Source: Comamonadaceae bacterium
Lineage (GTDB): Bacteria > Pseudomonadota > Gammaproteobacteria > Burkholderiales > Burkholderiaceae_C
DNA: 64,000 nucleotides
Assembly (NCBI GenBank): GCA_007280205.1
Contig: QYPX01000070.1
Span: 7-64,006 of the forward strand
Direction of reading: 5' to 3'
Shown here: in pieces, positions 1 to 10,996 of the stretch
Position numbering within the stretch: position 1 is the first letter of the stretch
Layout: each line of letters begins with the position of its first letter
Program-made: the position numbers and the translations under genes
Notes under the pieces: model-generated
What the model saw: only the letters and a program-made list of their open reading frames with translations
Told to the model about the DNA's origin: nothing
The model's database searches: none

Positions 1-1224
1 ATGTTCGACCGATTTGGTGGCAGCTGCTAACTGTGGATTGCTTTGCCACTGCTGATTGACTCTGAGACGAACATTGATCAGGACCTGCGGGAAGAGAGTG
101 ACCTCGGCCAGCAGTTGAGCTAGCGTCTGCCCGCTACGCAGGCATGCCTGCAAAACCTGCAGAGCAGAAATGATGCCGTCGCCCGTTGTATGCTTGTCCA
201 GTGCCAGCAGATGGCCCGAACCTTCGCCACCCAACACCCAGCCGCGCTTCTCCAACTCCTCGAGCACATAGCGGTCGCCGACCTTGGCACGCACCAACTC
301 AACCCCTCGGGCCTGCAGCGCCAGTTCCACTGCCATATTGGTCATCAGAGTCCCCACGACGCCGGGAACCGATTCCTCGGAACATTTGCAACTCGCGTTC
401 TTCCCGCGTGAAAGTCGCTCCTTGACCATCAGGTAAAGTATTTCGTCGCCATTGAACAGACGCCCGTTGCCATCAACCAGTTGCAAGCGGTCGGCGTCAC
501 CATCGAGTGCAACGCCAAACTGCGCGCCATTCTCCTTGACGGCCTTGACCAGTGCTTGCGGATGAGTCGCACCGACCTCGTGGTTGATATTCAATCCGTC
601 AGGCGTGCAACCAATGGCCACCACTTCTGCCCCCAACTCGTGAAACACCATGGGCGCAATGTGGTAGGCAGCGCCATGCGCTGCGTCGACCACGAGCTTT
701 ACACCACGCAGGCTCAGGTCATGAGCAAATGTGCTCTTGCAGAATTCAATATAGCGCCCAGCCGCGTCATTGAGTCGGCGTGTCTTGCCCAGACTGGCAG
801 AGTCGGCCCAGACTGGCGCTTCCTCCAGTGTCGCCTCAACGTCGGACTCCCAACCATCGGAGAGTTTGGTCCCCTGGGCGCTGAAGAACTTGATTCCGTT
901 GTCGGCAAATGGATTGTGGCTGGCGCTGATGACCACGCCGAGTGAGGCGCGCTGCGCGCGGGTCAGGTAAGCGACACCGGGTGTAGGCAAGGGCCCAAGC
1001 AGCACCACATCGACACCGGCCGAATTAAAGCCGCTCTCCAGCGCACTTTCGAGCATGTAGCCAGAAATCCGCGTGTCCTTGCCGATCAGAACGGTAGGAC
1101 GATCTTCGGAACGCTTCAACACCCGACCGACCGCGTGGGCCAGGCGAAGCACAAAATCCGGTGTGATCGGCGCTTGCCCAACCGTCCCGCGAATCCCATC
1201 CGTACCAAAATATCTTCTGCTCAT
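1..1224 (-). CDS. glmM: Phosphoglucosamine mutase (3' end runs off the window)
   Basis: Not in the ORF track because it is truncated. Manual translation from ATG 1224 gives [13 protein letters not shown]...[16 protein letters not shown]...ALDGDADRL...GGEGSGH, all GlmM motifs. Follows folP. Confidence 0.96.
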   Translation of the reverse strand, partial: MSRRYFGTDGIRGTVGQAPITPDFVLRLAHAVGRVLKRSEDRPTVLIGKDTRISGYMLESALESGFNSAGVDVVLLGPLPTPGVAYLTRAQRASLGVVISASHNPFADNGIKFFSAQGTKLSDGWESDVEATLEEAPVWADSASLGKTRRLNDAAGRYIEFCKSTFAHDLSLRGVKLVVDAAHGAAYHIAPMVFHELGAEVVAIGCTPDGLNINHEVGATHPQALVKAVKENGAQFGVALDGDADRLQLVDGNGRLFNGDEILYLMVKERLSRGKNASCKCSEESVPGVVGTLMTNMAVELALQARGVELVRAKVGDRYVLEELEKRGWVLGGEGSGHLLALDKHTTGDGIISALQVLQACLRSGQTLAQLLAEVTLFPQVLINVRLRVNQQWQSNPQLAAATKSVEH

Positions 1225-1264
1225 TTGTTTCCCTTGCGATCAAATCATAGCGACCGTCAGCGAC

Positions 1265-2119
1265 CTATCTTATAGCGCCCAGTACTTTGAGCGCTTGCAC
1301 GGTTTCCAGCACGTCGTGGACCCGCACGATCGAAGCGCCACGCTCCACCGCCAGCACGGCTGCGGTGACACTGACGACCAACCTTTGCTCAGGCTCACTC
1401 CCGCTTGCAGTGCCCACCAGCGCCCCCAGCGAGGACTTGCGCGACCATCCAACCAACAAGGGATAGTCGCTGCCTAGCAACTCTGCTTGTCTGGCTAGCA
1501 GCGCAAAGTTCTGCGCAGCGGACTTGCCAAAGCCTATGCCTGGATCGATGACGATACGGTTCTTCTCGACACCCGCCCGATGCAACTCGCCGGCAGCCTT
1601 CTGCAGGAAAAGTCTCGCCTGCGCAACAGCATCTCCTTGCATCGGAAGCAACTGCATGGTCGAAGGCTCCCCGTGCATGTGCATCAGACAAATGCCGCAA
1701 GCAGGATGGCGCGCAACAACCTGTGTTGCAGTCAGCGAATCAGCCGCTGCGTCACGCCAGCGCAAGGCCCAGACGTCGTTGATGATGTCAACACCGAGGT
1801 CAAGCGCCACCTGCATCACGTCAGGCTTGTAGCTGTCTACCGATACCGGTACTCCCAGACGAATGGCTTCGCGCAGCACCGGCACCAGACGCGCCAGTTC
1901 TTCATCTACCGTTACGGCGGCCGCGCCGGGTCGGGTCGACTCGGCGCCAATGTCCAGGATGTCCGCACCGTCCCTGAGAAGCTTTTCACAATGCCGCAAC
2001 GCTGAATTAACGTCGGCGTGACAGCCACCGTCCGAGAAAGAGTCTGGCGTCACGTTGACAATGCCCATGACCCTGGGCGTCGTCAGGTCAAGCAGGAATT
2101 TTGAGGTCTGCCATTTCAT
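1265..2119 (-). CDS. folP: Dihydropteroate synthase
   Basis: MGIVNVTPDSFSDGG, DIGAESTRPG, DPGIGFGK, SRKS, IVRVHDV motifs. Confidence 0.97.
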   Translation of the reverse strand: MKWQTSKFLLDLTTPRVMGIVNVTPDSFSDGGCHADVNSALRHCEKLLRDGADILDIGAESTRPGAAAVTVDEELARLVPVLREAIRLGVPVSVDSYKPDVMQVALDLGVDIINDVWALRWRDAAADSLTATQVVARHPACGICLMHMHGEPSTMQLLPMQGDAVAQARLFLQKAAGELHRAGVEKNRIVIDPGIGFGKSAAQNFALLARQAELLGSDYPLLVGWSRKSSLGALVGTASGSEPEQRLVVSVTAAVLAVERGASIVRVHDVLETVQALKVLGAIR

Positions 2120-2120
2120 G

Positions 2121-2146
2121 AAAAAGAACGGGGCAGCTCTGCCCCG
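2121..2146 (-). terminator. Intrinsic terminator-like hairpin after ftsH
   Basis: Minus strand CGGGGCA-GAGC-TGCCCCG followed by TTCTTTTT. Confidence 0.7.
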
Positions 2147-2168
2147 CTACCGTCGAAGGTATTGCCCG

Positions 2169-4088
2169 CTAGGCTGCCGTGGGTGCTGCGTCGGGCTTGA
2201 CAGCGGGTGTGCCACCGCCACTGCCGTCGCCACCGGCGGCAGGTATGCGTGGCGTCCAGTCCTTGGGGGGGCGCGGCTCCTTGCCTGCCATGATGTCTTC
2301 GATCTGATCGCTGTCAATGGTTTCCCATTCCAGCAAGGCCTTGGCCATGGCATGCATCTTGTCCTGATTGTCTTCAATCAGTCTGCGCGCCTGGCTGTAC
2401 TGTTGGTCAATGATGCGGCGCACCTCGGCATCCACCTTCTGCATGGTTTCCTCGCTCATGTTGGTGGTCTTGGTCACCGAGCGCCCCAGAAACACCTCGC
2501 CCTCGTTGTCTGCGTAAACCATCGGTCCCAGCGCGTCGGTCATGCCGTAGCGTGTCACCATGTCACGCGCAATGTGAGTGGCGCGCTCAAAATCGTTGCT
2601 GGCGCCGGTGGTCATCTGGTGCATGAAAACCTCTTCCGCGATGCGACCGCCAAACAGCATGCTGATCTGATGCAGCATGTATTCGCTGTCGTAGCTGTAG
2701 CGGTCCTGCGCCGGCAGGCTCATGGTCACTCCCAGGGCGCGGCCGCGCGGAATAATCGTTACTTTGTGGACCGGGTCGCACTTGGATAGCATCTTGCCAA
2801 TCAGCGCATGCCCGGACTCGTGATAGGCCGTGTTCTTGCGCTCGCTCTCGGGCATCACCATGCTCTTGCGCTCCGGGCCCATCAGGATCTTGTCTTTGGC
2901 CTTTTCAAAATCCTGCATTTCCACGGTACGCGCACTGCGCCGCGCTGCCATCAGTGCCGCCTCATTGCACAGGTTGGCCAGATCAGCTCCTGACATGCCG
3001 GGTGTACCGCGTGCGATCACTCCCGGGATGACATCCTGACCCAACGGTACTTTGCGCATGTGCACATTGAGAATCTGCTCGCGGCCGCGGATATCGGGCA
3101 AGGTCACATAGACCTGCCTGTCAAAACGCCCCGGGCGCAGCAGGGCTGCATCAAGAATGTCTGGACGATTGGTGGCCGCCACCACGATCACTCCGACATT
3201 GGTCTCGAAGCCATCCATCTCAACCAGCATCTGATTGAGCGTCTGCTCTCGCTCGTCATTTCCACCGCCCAGGCCAGCGCCGCGCTGACGCCCAACGGCA
3301 TCAATTTCGTCGATAAAGATGATGCAGGGTGCATTTTTCTTGGCGTTGTCAAACATGTCACGCACACGCGCTGCGCCGACGCCAACAAACATTTCCACAA
3401 AGTCTGATCCGCTGATGCTGAAGAAAGGTACCTTGGCTTCACCCGCAATCCCTTTGGCGAGCAGGGTTTTGCCGGTCCCCGGTGGCCCTACCAGCAAGAG
3501 GCCGCGCGGAATGCGGCCGCCGAGCTTCTGGAACTTGGCCGGATCCTTCAGGAAATCGACCACCTCCTTGACTTCTTCTTTGGCTTCGTCGCAACCAGCC
3601 ACATCGGCGAAAGTCACCTGATTGGTATTTTCATCGAGCATGCGCGCCTTGCTCTTGCCAAAGCTGAAGGCACCGCCCTTGCCGCCGCCCTGCATCTGGC
3701 GCATGAAATAGATCCAGACACCGATCAGCAAGAGCATCGGACCCCAACTCACCAGAAGCGTCATGAGGAGCGAGCCCTCTTCGCGCGCCTTGACGTCAAA
3801 CTTGACGCCATTGGCGATCAGGTCACCGACCAGACCACGATCAAGGTAAGTGGCGGTGGTCCGGACCTTGCGATCATCGGTGGTGACAGCGATGATTTCG
3901 GTACCGCCCTGTCCTTCCTGGATAACGGCGCTCTTGATCCGCTTGCCCCTGACCTCCTCCAGAAAGTCGGAGTAGCCCAGATTGCCGGCACCAGCCGGGC
4001 CACGGGTTTCAAACTGTTTGAAAACGGTAAATAGCACAAGCGCAATGACGAGCCAGACGGCAATTTTCGAGAACCACTGATTATTCAA
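2169..4088 (-). CDS. ftsH: ATP-dependent zinc metalloprotease FtsH
   Basis: Two TM segments, Walker [19 protein letters not shown] motif, HESGH zinc motif. Probable TTG start at 4088 with GGAG RBS. Confidence 0.97.
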   Translation of the reverse strand: MNNQWFSKIAVWLVIALVLFTVFKQFETRGPAGAGNLGYSDFLEEVRGKRIKSAVIQEGQGGTEIIAVTTDDRKVRTTATYLDRGLVGDLIANGVKFDVKAREEGSLLMTLLVSWGPMLLLIGVWIYFMRQMQGGGKGGAFSFGKSKARMLDENTNQVTFADVAGCDEAKEEVKEVVDFLKDPAKFQKLGGRIPRGLLLVGPPGTGKTLLAKGIAGEAKVPFFSISGSDFVEMFVGVGAARVRDMFDNAKKNAPCIIFIDEIDAVGRQRGAGLGGGNDEREQTLNQMLVEMDGFETNVGVIVVAATNRPDILDAALLRPGRFDRQVYVTLPDIRGREQILNVHMRKVPLGQDVIPGVIARGTPGMSGADLANLCNEAALMAARRSARTVEMQDFEKAKDKILMGPERKSMVMPESERKNTAYHESGHALIGKMLSKCDPVHKVTIIPRGRALGVTMSLPAQDRYSYDSEYMLHQISMLFGGRIAEEVFMHQMTTGASNDFERATHIARDMVTRYGMTDALGPMVYADNEGEVFLGRSVTKTTNMSEETMQKVDAEVRRIIDQQYSQARRLIEDNQDKMHAMAKALLEWETIDSDQIEDIMAGKEPRPPKDWTPRIPAAGGDGSGGGTPAVKPDAAPTAA

Positions 4089-4128
4089 GCGAGGCTCCAA
4101 TAAGGACGCAAACAGATAGACAAAGCAC

Positions 4129-4156
4129 AGTTGGGCACCATTTTAGGCGTTTCAAG
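4129..4156 (-). promoter_or_regulatory. Putative RpoH (sigma32) promoter for ftsH
   Basis: Minus strand CTTGAA-N15-CCCAACT resembles the sigma32 consensus CTTGAA-N13-17-CCCCAT. ftsH is a known heat-shock gene. Confidence 0.5.
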
Positions 4157-4202
4157 ACGCCCAGTGGCGTTTACCGGGTTTTAGTCGGGTGCCGTCCGAC
4201 CT

Positions 4203-4877
4203 TCAGGCTGCTTTCAAGCCGACACCGACCAGAAAGGTTTCAGAAGACTTGTCGCGTGAGGCCTTCGGCTTGATGCGTTTGACGGTCACAAAAATCTCCC
4301 GAAAGCGCTTGACAAGTACTTCGTACGCATCGCCGTGGAAGACCTTGGCAACCAGGGTTCCGCGTGCCTTCATGTGGGTCTGCGCAAATTCCAGCGCCAG
4401 TTCAACCAGATTTTCGATACGCGCAGCATCGGCCGAGGCAATACCAGACAGATTGGGTGCCATGTCGGACACCACCACATCAGCCAGTCGACCCCGCATT
4501 TCGCTGGCCAGGCGTTGCAACACCTCCGGCTCCCGAAAATCCCCCAACACGAAAGCCACACCCTCTACCGGTTCCATCGGCAGGATGTCCAGCGCGATGA
4601 TGCAGCCATTGAGTTCCCCGACTGCGGCGCCGCCACCCACAGCCGTTTTGGGCGACATCTTGCGCCGCACATACTGACTCCAGGCACCGGGGGTCGAGCC
4701 CAGATCAACCACCAACTGACCCGGCTTGATCAGACCCAGCGATTCATCAATCTCCTTGAGCTTGTAGGCAGCACGCGCCCGGTAACCTTCCAATTTGGCC
4801 AGCTTGACATACGGATCGTTGACATGGTCATTGATCCACGCCCGGTTGACTTTACCGCTTTTGACTTTGTCTTTCAT
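4203..4877 (-). CDS. rlmE: 23S rRNA Um2552 methyltransferase RlmE (FtsJ)
   Basis: GYRARAAYKL, VDLGSTPGAWSQ, SDMAPNLSG, KPKASRDKSSE. Start placed at MKDK (4877). Confidence 0.95.
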   Translation of the reverse strand: MKDKVKSGKVNRAWINDHVNDPYVKLAKLEGYRARAAYKLKEIDESLGLIKPGQLVVDLGSTPGAWSQYVRRKMSPKTAVGGGAAVGELNGCIIALDILPMEPVEGVAFVLGDFREPEVLQRLASEMRGRLADVVVSDMAPNLSGIASADAARIENLVELALEFAQTHMKARGTLVAKVFHGDAYEVLVKRFREIFVTVKRIKPKASRDKSSETFLVGVGLKAA

Positions 4878-4905
4878 TTTGACCTTCGTAACCGATAATA
4901 GCGCC

Positions 4906-5379
4906 ATGCCGCAAATTCAATTGACCCCCGCCCAACGCAAAGAGCACCGTGCGCAAGCGCATCACCTGGACCCCGTTGTCATGGTCGGTGCCGATGGGCT
5001 GAGCGCCGCCGTAAAAAAGGAAACCGACGCCGCCCTGAACGCGCACGGCCTGATCAAGGTGCGCGTCTTTGCCGATGACCGTTCGGCGCGCGAGGCCATG
5101 TTTCAGACGCTGACCGACGAATTGAACGCGGCACCGATTCAGCATATTGGCAAACTGCTGGTGCTCTGGCGGCCTGTGCCGGAGCGTGAAAAGACGCTGG
5201 ACGCCGACCGCATGCCCGGTCCGCGTGACTTCAAGGTACTCAAGTACAGCACGCGCGGCGGCCAGCGCCCGGAGGTCAAGACACTGCGTGTTCTGGGCAA
5301 TCAGCGCCTGACCGCAGGTGGCCAGGTCAAACGCTCCAAACCCAAGCAAGTCAGCATCAAGAAACGCAGTCAGACCTGA
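4906..5379 (+). CDS. yhbY: RNA-binding protein YhbY (CRM domain) with basic C-terminal extension
   Basis: LTPAQRKEHRAQAHHLDPVVMVG...HGLIKVRV...QHIGKLLVLWR. Divergent from rlmE as usual. Confidence 0.9.
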   Translation: MPQIQLTPAQRKEHRAQAHHLDPVVMVGADGLSAAVKKETDAALNAHGLIKVRVFADDRSAREAMFQTLTDELNAAPIQHIGKLLVLWRPVPEREKTLDADRMPGPRDFKVLKYSTRGGQRPEVKTLRVLGNQRLTAGGQVKRSKPKQVSIKKRSQT

Positions 5380-5391
5380 ACTCCAGCCCTC

Positions 5392-5808
5392 TCACTCGAT
5401 CGACGCTGGCGACGTCACCTTCCAGAATACAAGCGAGACGAACAGGAACTGCAGCGCAAACATGGCGCTGCCAATGCCGTGCCATAGGCGCAAATTCTCG
5501 CGCGCTAGGATGCGCGGTGCAACCGCAAATTCGGACAAAAAGGCCAACAGCATGCCAGCCGTGATGAACATGAAGACAGTGGACGAACGCAGCGCGGGCG
5601 GCGTCGGCCGCGTGGACCGCGCGCTGAGCAGGAGCACGAGGCCGCACAGCAGAGAAATCCAGGTTTGAGCCTGAAACAAGGCGCCAGCCATATTGCCTGC
5701 CATGGCTGGTGTGGGCAAGCGGGCAAACAGCAGCGGAACCACCAGGAAGCCGATCAGTCCCAGACTGCTCCACCACAGTGCGGTGACCCAAAGTACAAGA
5801 CGCGTCAT
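5392..5808 (-). CDS. DUF4149-like integral membrane protein
   Basis: Four hydrophobic segments (ALWWSSLGLIGFLVVPLLF, AGNMAGALF, WHGIGS). Typical position between greA and yhbY. Confidence 0.7.
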   Translation of the reverse strand: MTRLVLWVTALWWSSLGLIGFLVVPLLFARLPTPAMAGNMAGALFQAQTWISLLCGLVLLLSARSTRPTPPALRSSTVFMFITAGMLLAFLSEFAVAPRILARENLRLWHGIGSAMFALQFLFVSLVFWKVTSPASIE

Positions 5809-5812
5809 CGAA

Positions 5813-6304
5813 TCAAACGTAGCTGACCGCCACCACCTCATAGTGCCTGGCGCCGCCCGGCGCCTGCACTTCCACGCTATCGCCCTCTTCCTTGCCGATC
5901 AAGGCACGGGCAATCGGGCTGCCAATGTTGATCAACCCGAGTTTGATGTCGGCCTCATCTTCACCAACGATCTGGTAAGTCACCTTCGTTCCTGAGGCTT
6001 CATCTTCCAGGGTCACAGTGGCACCAAAGACAACGCGTCCGCCGGCGTTGAGTTCGGAAGGGTCAATGATCTGACTGGCAGACAGTTTGCCCTCCACCTC
6101 CTGGATCCGGCCTTCGATGAAACCCTGACGGTCCTTGGCGACCTCGTATTCGGCGTTTTCACTCAAATCGCCCTGCGCACGCGCCTCGGCAATCGCATTG
6201 ATAACCCATGGCCGATCAACCGTCTTGAGTCTCTGCAACTCGGTCTTGAGCTTTTCAGCACCGCGTTTGGTAATAGGTATGGTAGCCACTGGCTGCTCCG
6301 TCAT
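5813..6304 (-). CDS. greA: Transcription elongation factor GreA
   Basis: [37 protein letters not shown]. Confidence 0.96.
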   Translation of the reverse strand: MTEQPVATIPITKRGAEKLKTELQRLKTVDRPWVINAIAEARAQGDLSENAEYEVAKDRQGFIEGRIQEVEGKLSASQIIDPSELNAGGRVVFGATVTLEDEASGTKVTYQIVGEDEADIKLGLINIGSPIARALIGKEEGDSVEVQAPGGARHYEVVAVSYV

Positions 6305-6312
6305 GGATTGCA

Positions 6313-6347
6313 CAAAAGGAAACCGCCGAACGTTGCCGTCCGGCGGT
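6313..6347 (-). terminator. Terminator-like hairpin between carB and greA (in greA leader)
   Basis: Minus strand ACCGCCGGACG-GCAA-CGTTCGGCGGT followed by TTCCTTTT. Confidence 0.6.
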
Positions 6348-6381
6348 AAGTGCGGATTATGCCGTGAATGTCAGTTAAAAA

Positions 6382-9300
6382 TCAACCTGCTGCCAGTTGC
6401 GCGTGCATATCCTGCACCGAGATCACGTCCAGGTGATCCACATGCGGCATACCCTGCACGGCAGCTTCTGCGCCGGCGATCGTGGTAAACGTCGTAACGC
6501 GTGCCAGCAAGGCGGAGGTGCGAATCTGTCGGGAGTCGGCAATGGCGTTGCGCCGCTCTTCCACAGTGTGAATGACCATCACAATTTCGTTGTTCTTGAT
6601 CATGTCCACAATATGCGGGCGCCCCTCGGTCACCTTGTTCACGCTGGTGCAGCTGACACCCGCAGCGTTGATGGAAGCCGCCGTACCTTTGGTTGCCAGC
6701 ACCGCAAAGCCCATCAAGGACAAGGCACGAGCCACCTCGATGGCACGTGGCTTGTCGGTCCCTTTCACCGATAGGAATACCTTACCGGATGACTCACCCG
6801 GGATTGCTGAAGGCCGGGGCAATTTGGTGCCAGCTCCAATCTGGGACTTGACAAACGCTTCCCCAAAAGTCTTTCCCACACCCATGACCTCACCTGTCGA
6901 CTTCATCTCCGGTCCGAGAATGGTGTCGACACCGGGGAATTTGACGAAGGGAAAGACTGCTTCCTTGACACTGAAATACGGTGGCGTCACCTCGGTGCCG
7001 ATTCCCTGCGATGCCAGAGACTGCCCCACCATGCAACGCGCGGCCACTTTGGCCAGTTGAATGCCTGTGGCTTTCGATACAAATGGAACGGTACGCGAAG
7101 CGCGCGGATTCACCTCGAGCACGTAAATCACGTCCTTGCCGTCGATGTTCTGGATCGCGAACTGCACGTTCATCAAGCCGACCACATTGAGGGCACAGGC
7201 CATCGCAGCGGTCTGACGCTTGATCTCCGCCACGGTTGCGCCAGACAGGCTATAGGGAGGCAGTGAGCAGGCCGAGTCCCCACTGTGCACACCGGCCTGT
7301 TCGATGTGTTCCATGACGCCACCAATGAAGGTGCGCCCCGCTTCAGTTGACGATCCGGCATCACGCAAGCAGTCCACATCACACTCGATGGCATCGTTGA
7401 GAAATCGGTCGAGCAGCACGGGCGAGTCGTGGCTGACCTTGACAGCTTCACGCATATAGCGCTCCAGGTCGCGCTGCTCATGCACGATCTCCATGGCGCG
7501 ACCGCCCAGCACATAGCTGGGACGGACCACCAGCGGGTAGCCAAGGGCCGCCGCCTTTTCGAGTGCCTCCGGCTCCGTCCGCGCCGTTGCATTGGACGGC
7601 TGGCGCAGGCCCAGGGTATGAAGCAGCTTCTGAAAACGCTCACGGTCTTCTGCCGCGTCAATCATGTCCGGTGACGTCCCGATGATGGGGACGCCATTGG
7701 CTTCCAGGTCGAGCGCGAGTTTCAATGGCGTCTGACCACCGTACTGCACGATCACGCCCAAGGGCTTTTCCTTGTCGACGATCTCAAGCACATCTTCGAG
7801 TGTGAGCGGCTCGAAATACAGTCGATCGGAAGTGTCGTAGTCGGTCGACACGGTCTCCGGGTTGCAATTGACCATGATGGTCTCGTAGCCGTCCTCGCGC
7901 AGCGCCAGCGCCGCATGCACGCAGCAGTAGTCAAACTCGATGCCCTGGCCAATCCGGTTCGGACCACCGCCGAGCACCATGATCTTCTTTCTGTCGGTTG
8001 GCGCCGCTTCACATTCGGCTCCCTCGGCCTCGTAGGTCGAGTACATATAGGCCGTATTGGTGGCAAACTCGGCGGCGCAGGTGTCAACCCGCTTGTAAAC
8101 CGGGCGCACACCCAGAGCACGGCGTTTTTCCCGAATGGCAGTGTCCGTGGTTTTGAACTGACGTGCCAGGCGCCGATCAGAAAAGCCTTTCTGCTTCAAG
8201 GCACGCAGCGTTGCCGCATCGATGCCGTCCAGAGCGCTGCCGCCTTCGGGCACCGGCAAGCGTTCAATTTCGAGTTCAATCTTGACAATCTGCTCGATCT
8301 GGACGAGGAACCAGCGGTCGATCCGTGTCAGTGCAAACACTTCGTCAACACTCCAACCAGCGGCGAATGCGTCGCCGACGTACCAGATCCGGTCCGGTCC
8401 CGGCTCGCCCAGTTCCTTCTCCAGCAACTCACGGTCCTGAGTCTTCTCGTTCATGCCGTCAACACCGACTTCCAGGCCACGCAGCGCTTTCTGAAACGAT
8501 TCCTGGAAGGTGCGACCGATCGCCATGACCTCACCCACCGACTTCATCTGGGTGGTCAGCCGACTATCGGCTGCCGGGAACTTTTCAAAGGCGAAGCGCG
8601 GAATCTTGGTAACCACGTAGTCGATACTCGGCTCAAAACTCGCCGGGGTGGCACCGCCTGTGATCTCGTTGCGCAACTCATCCAGCGTATAACCCACAGC
8701 AAGTTTGGCAGCCACCTTGGCGATCGGAAACCCGGTGGCTTTGGAGGCCAGAGCGGACGAGCGCGAGACGCGCGGATTCATCTCGATGACCACCATGCGG
8801 CCATCGTCCGGGTTGATGGCGAACTGTACATTGGAGCCACCGGTGTCGACGCCGATTTCGCGCAGCACGGCCAGACTGGCGTTGCGCAGAATCTGGTATT
8901 CCTTGTCGCTCAGCGTCTGGGCTGGTGCCACCGTGATCGAGTCGCCTGTGTGCACACCCATCGGGTCGAGATTTTCGATCGAGCAGATGATGATGCAGTT
9001 GTCTGCCTTGTCGCGCACCACCTCCATCTCGAATTCTTTCCAGCCCAAAAGAGATTCTTCGATCAGCAATTCGTTGGTCGGCGAAGCCTCCAGACCACGC
9101 TTGCAGATCACTTCGAACTCTTCGGCGTTATAGGCGATGCCACCGCCGGTGCCCCCAAGCGTAAAGCTGGGTCGAATCACGGTCGGAAATCCGACCGTCT
9201 TCTGGACGGTCCAGGCCTCCTGCATCGAGTGCGCGATGCCTGATCGGGCTGACGCGAGACCGATACTGGTCATGGCATCCTTGAACTTCAAACGATCTTC

Positions 9301-9678
9301 GGCCTTGTCGATGGCCTGCGGGCTGGCGCCGATCAGTTCAACCTGGTATTTCTCCAACACCCCCTGATGCCACAGGTCCAGCGCGCAATTGAGGGCGGTC
9401 TGCCCACCCATGGTCGGCAAAATGGCGTCAGGACGCTCCTTGACAATGATCTTCTCGACAGTCTGCCAGGTAATCGGCTCGATGTAGGTCACATCCGCCG
9501 TCGCCGGATCGGTCATGATGGTGGCCGGGTTGCTGTTGATCAAAATGACCTTGTAGCCCTCTTCACGCAGCGCCTTACAGGCCTGCACGCCGGAATAATC
9601 GAACTCGCAGGCCTGACCAATGATGATCGGTCCGGCACCAATGATGAGGATCGACTTGATGTCTGTGCGCTTAGGCAT
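6382..9678 (-). CDS. carB: Carbamoyl-phosphate synthase large subunit
   Basis: [30 protein letters not shown], duplicated ATP-grasp domains, C-terminal MGS domain; 1098 aa. Confidence 0.99.
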   Translation of the reverse strand: MPKRTDIKSILIIGAGPIIIGQACEFDYSGVQACKALREEGYKVILINSNPATIMTDPATADVTYIEPITWQTVEKIIVKERPDAILPTMGGQTALNCALDLWHQGVLEKYQVELIGASPQAIDKAEDRLKFKDAMTSIGLASARSGIAHSMQEAWTVQKTVGFPTVIRPSFTLGGTGGGIAYNAEEFEVICKRGLEASPTNELLIEESLLGWKEFEMEVVRDKADNCIIICSIENLDPMGVHTGDSITVAPAQTLSDKEYQILRNASLAVLREIGVDTGGSNVQFAINPDDGRMVVIEMNPRVSRSSALASKATGFPIAKVAAKLAVGYTLDELRNEITGGATPASFEPSIDYVVTKIPRFAFEKFPAADSRLTTQMKSVGEVMAIGRTFQESFQKALRGLEVGVDGMNEKTQDRELLEKELGEPGPDRIWYVGDAFAAGWSVDEVFALTRIDRWFLVQIEQIVKIELEIERLPVPEGGSALDGIDAATLRALKQKGFSDRRLARQFKTTDTAIREKRRALGVRPVYKRVDTCAAEFATNTAYMYSTYEAEGAECEAAPTDRKKIMVLGGGPNRIGQGIEFDYCCVHAALALREDGYETIMVNCNPETVSTDYDTSDRLYFEPLTLEDVLEIVDKEKPLGVIVQYGGQTPLKLALDLEANGVPIIGTSPDMIDAAEDRERFQKLLHTLGLRQPSNATARTEPEALEKAAALGYPLVVRPSYVLGGRAMEIVHEQRDLERYMREAVKVSHDSPVLLDRFLNDAIECDVDCLRDAGSSTEAGRTFIGGVMEHIEQAGVHSGDSACSLPPYSLSGATVAEIKRQTAAMACALNVVGLMNVQFAIQNIDGKDVIYVLEVNPRASRTVPFVSKATGIQLAKVAARCMVGQSLASQGIGTEVTPPYFSVKEAVFPFVKFPGVDTILGPEMKSTGEVMGVGKTFGEAFVKSQIGAGTKLPRPSAIPGESSGKVFLSVKGTDKPRAIEVARALSLMGFAVLATKGTAASINAAGVSCTSVNKVTEGRPHIVDMIKNNEIVMVIHTVEERRNAIADSRQIRTSALLARVTTFTTIAGAEAAVQGMPHVDHLDVISVQDMHAQLAAG

Positions 9679-10873
9679 TCTTCTTCTCCTGTGCCTTGTC
9701 CATTAGCGCAGTGAAGCGATCAAACAGATAGGCAATATCGTGCGGTCCTGGCGAGGCTTCCGGATGCCCTTGAAAGCAAAAGGCCGGCCGGTCCGTACGT
9801 TCCAGTCCCTGCAGCGTGCCGTCAAACAGACTGACGTGGGTCGCGCGCAGATTGGCCGGCAAAGTCTTCTCATCGACCGCAAATCCATGGTTCTGACTGG
9901 TGATGCTGACCCGCCCGCTATCGAGGTCCTTGACCGGATGGTTCGCGCCGTGGTGACCAAATTTCATCTTGAAGGTCCTGGCGCCACTGGCTAGCGCCAT
10001 GATCTGGTGACCCAGACAGATACCGAAGGTCGGAATGCCGGCTTCTATCAATTCGGCGGCGGCGGCGATGGCGTAGTCGCACGGCTGTGGATCTCCCGGC
10101 CCGTTACTCAGGAAGATGCCGTCCGGCTTATGGGCAAGTACTTGCGCCACGCTGCTCTGTGCTGGTAGCACCGTGACCCGGCATGCACGCTCGGCCAGCA
10201 TGCGCAGGATATTGAACTTGACGCCAAAATCCAAGGCCACCACATGGAACCTGCTGTCGGTCTGGTTGCCAAAGCCAGCTCTGCCCTGAGCTTGTGGATG
10301 AGCCAACTGCCATTCTGTCTGTGCCCACTGGTAAGCCGTTTTGGTTGAGACCACTCTCGCCAAATCGGTTCCGGCCATGCTGGGGGCGGCTTTTGCCAGC
10401 GCCAGTGCACGGTCAACAGCAGACTGCGTAATAGTTTGCTCACCGGACAAAGTCAGAATACAGCCATTCTGCGCGCCGTGGGTACGCAGATGGCGCGTCA
10501 GCTGCCGTGTGTCAAGATTGGCCATCGCAACCGTGTTCTGCTGGACCAGGTACGCTGAAAGGGTCATGCTGGAACGAAAATTGGATGCCACCAGGGGCAG
10601 GTCCCGGATGATCAAACCGGCGGCGTGCACCCTGGCAGCTTCGACGTCCTGCAGGTTGATGCCATAGTTACCTATGTGCGGGTAGGTCAAGGTCACGATT
10701 TGCTGACAGTAACTCGGGTCCGTCAGAATTTCCTGGTAACCAGTCATGGCGGTGTTGAACACAAGCTCGCCAACGGTGGAGCCAGCGGCTCCTATGGAAT
10801 TTCCAACAAACACCGTGCCGTCTGCTAGCGCCAGAATGGCGGGGGGGAAGGTTCCCTGTAAAGACAAAAGCAC
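9671..10873 (-). CDS. carA: Carbamoyl-phosphate synthase small subunit
   Basis: [38 protein letters not shown]. Confidence 0.98.
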   Translation of the reverse strand: MLLSLQGTFPPAILALADGTVFVGNSIGAAGSTVGELVFNTAMTGYQEILTDPSYCQQIVTLTYPHIGNYGINLQDVEAARVHAAGLIIRDLPLVASNFRSSMTLSAYLVQQNTVAMANLDTRQLTRHLRTHGAQNGCILTLSGEQTITQSAVDRALALAKAAPSMAGTDLARVVSTKTAYQWAQTEWQLAHPQAQGRAGFGNQTDSRFHVVALDFGVKFNILRMLAERACRVTVLPAQSSVAQVLAHKPDGIFLSNGPGDPQPCDYAIAAAAELIEAGIPTFGICLGHQIMALASGARTFKMKFGHHGANHPVKDLDSGRVSITSQNHGFAVDEKTLPANLRATHVSLFDGTLQGLERTDRPAFCFQGHPEASPGPHDIAYLFDRFTALMDKAQEKKNA

Positions 10874-10874
10874 T

Positions 10875-10990
10875 GGGTTCTCCGGATGGGTTTTCGGGTA
10901 CGCCCAAACGTGCTCAAGCCTTGACTCTTGGCTTGCAATATTGAGGGATTTGGCTTGAGAAGGCTCTGGGCGTACAGCGTGCGGTGAAGC
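10875..10990 (-). ncRNA. carA 5' leader structured RNA (carA-motif-like cis element)
   Basis: Extended imperfect hairpin: 10898-10906 pairs with 10967-10975, and 10913-10920 pairs with 10952-10959. Lies just upstream of GGAG RBS/GTG. TATAAT at 10996-11001. Confidence 0.6.
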
Positions 10991-10996
10991 GCCCCA

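Noticed and set aside
481-970. Plus-strand ORFs at the window start
   Set aside because: The region is occupied by glmM on the minus strand, which the ORF track missed because it is truncated.
7915-9243. 442-aa plus-strand ORF antisense to carB
   Set aside because: Shadow ORF caused by GC-rich codon bias; no recognisable motifs and fully inside carB.
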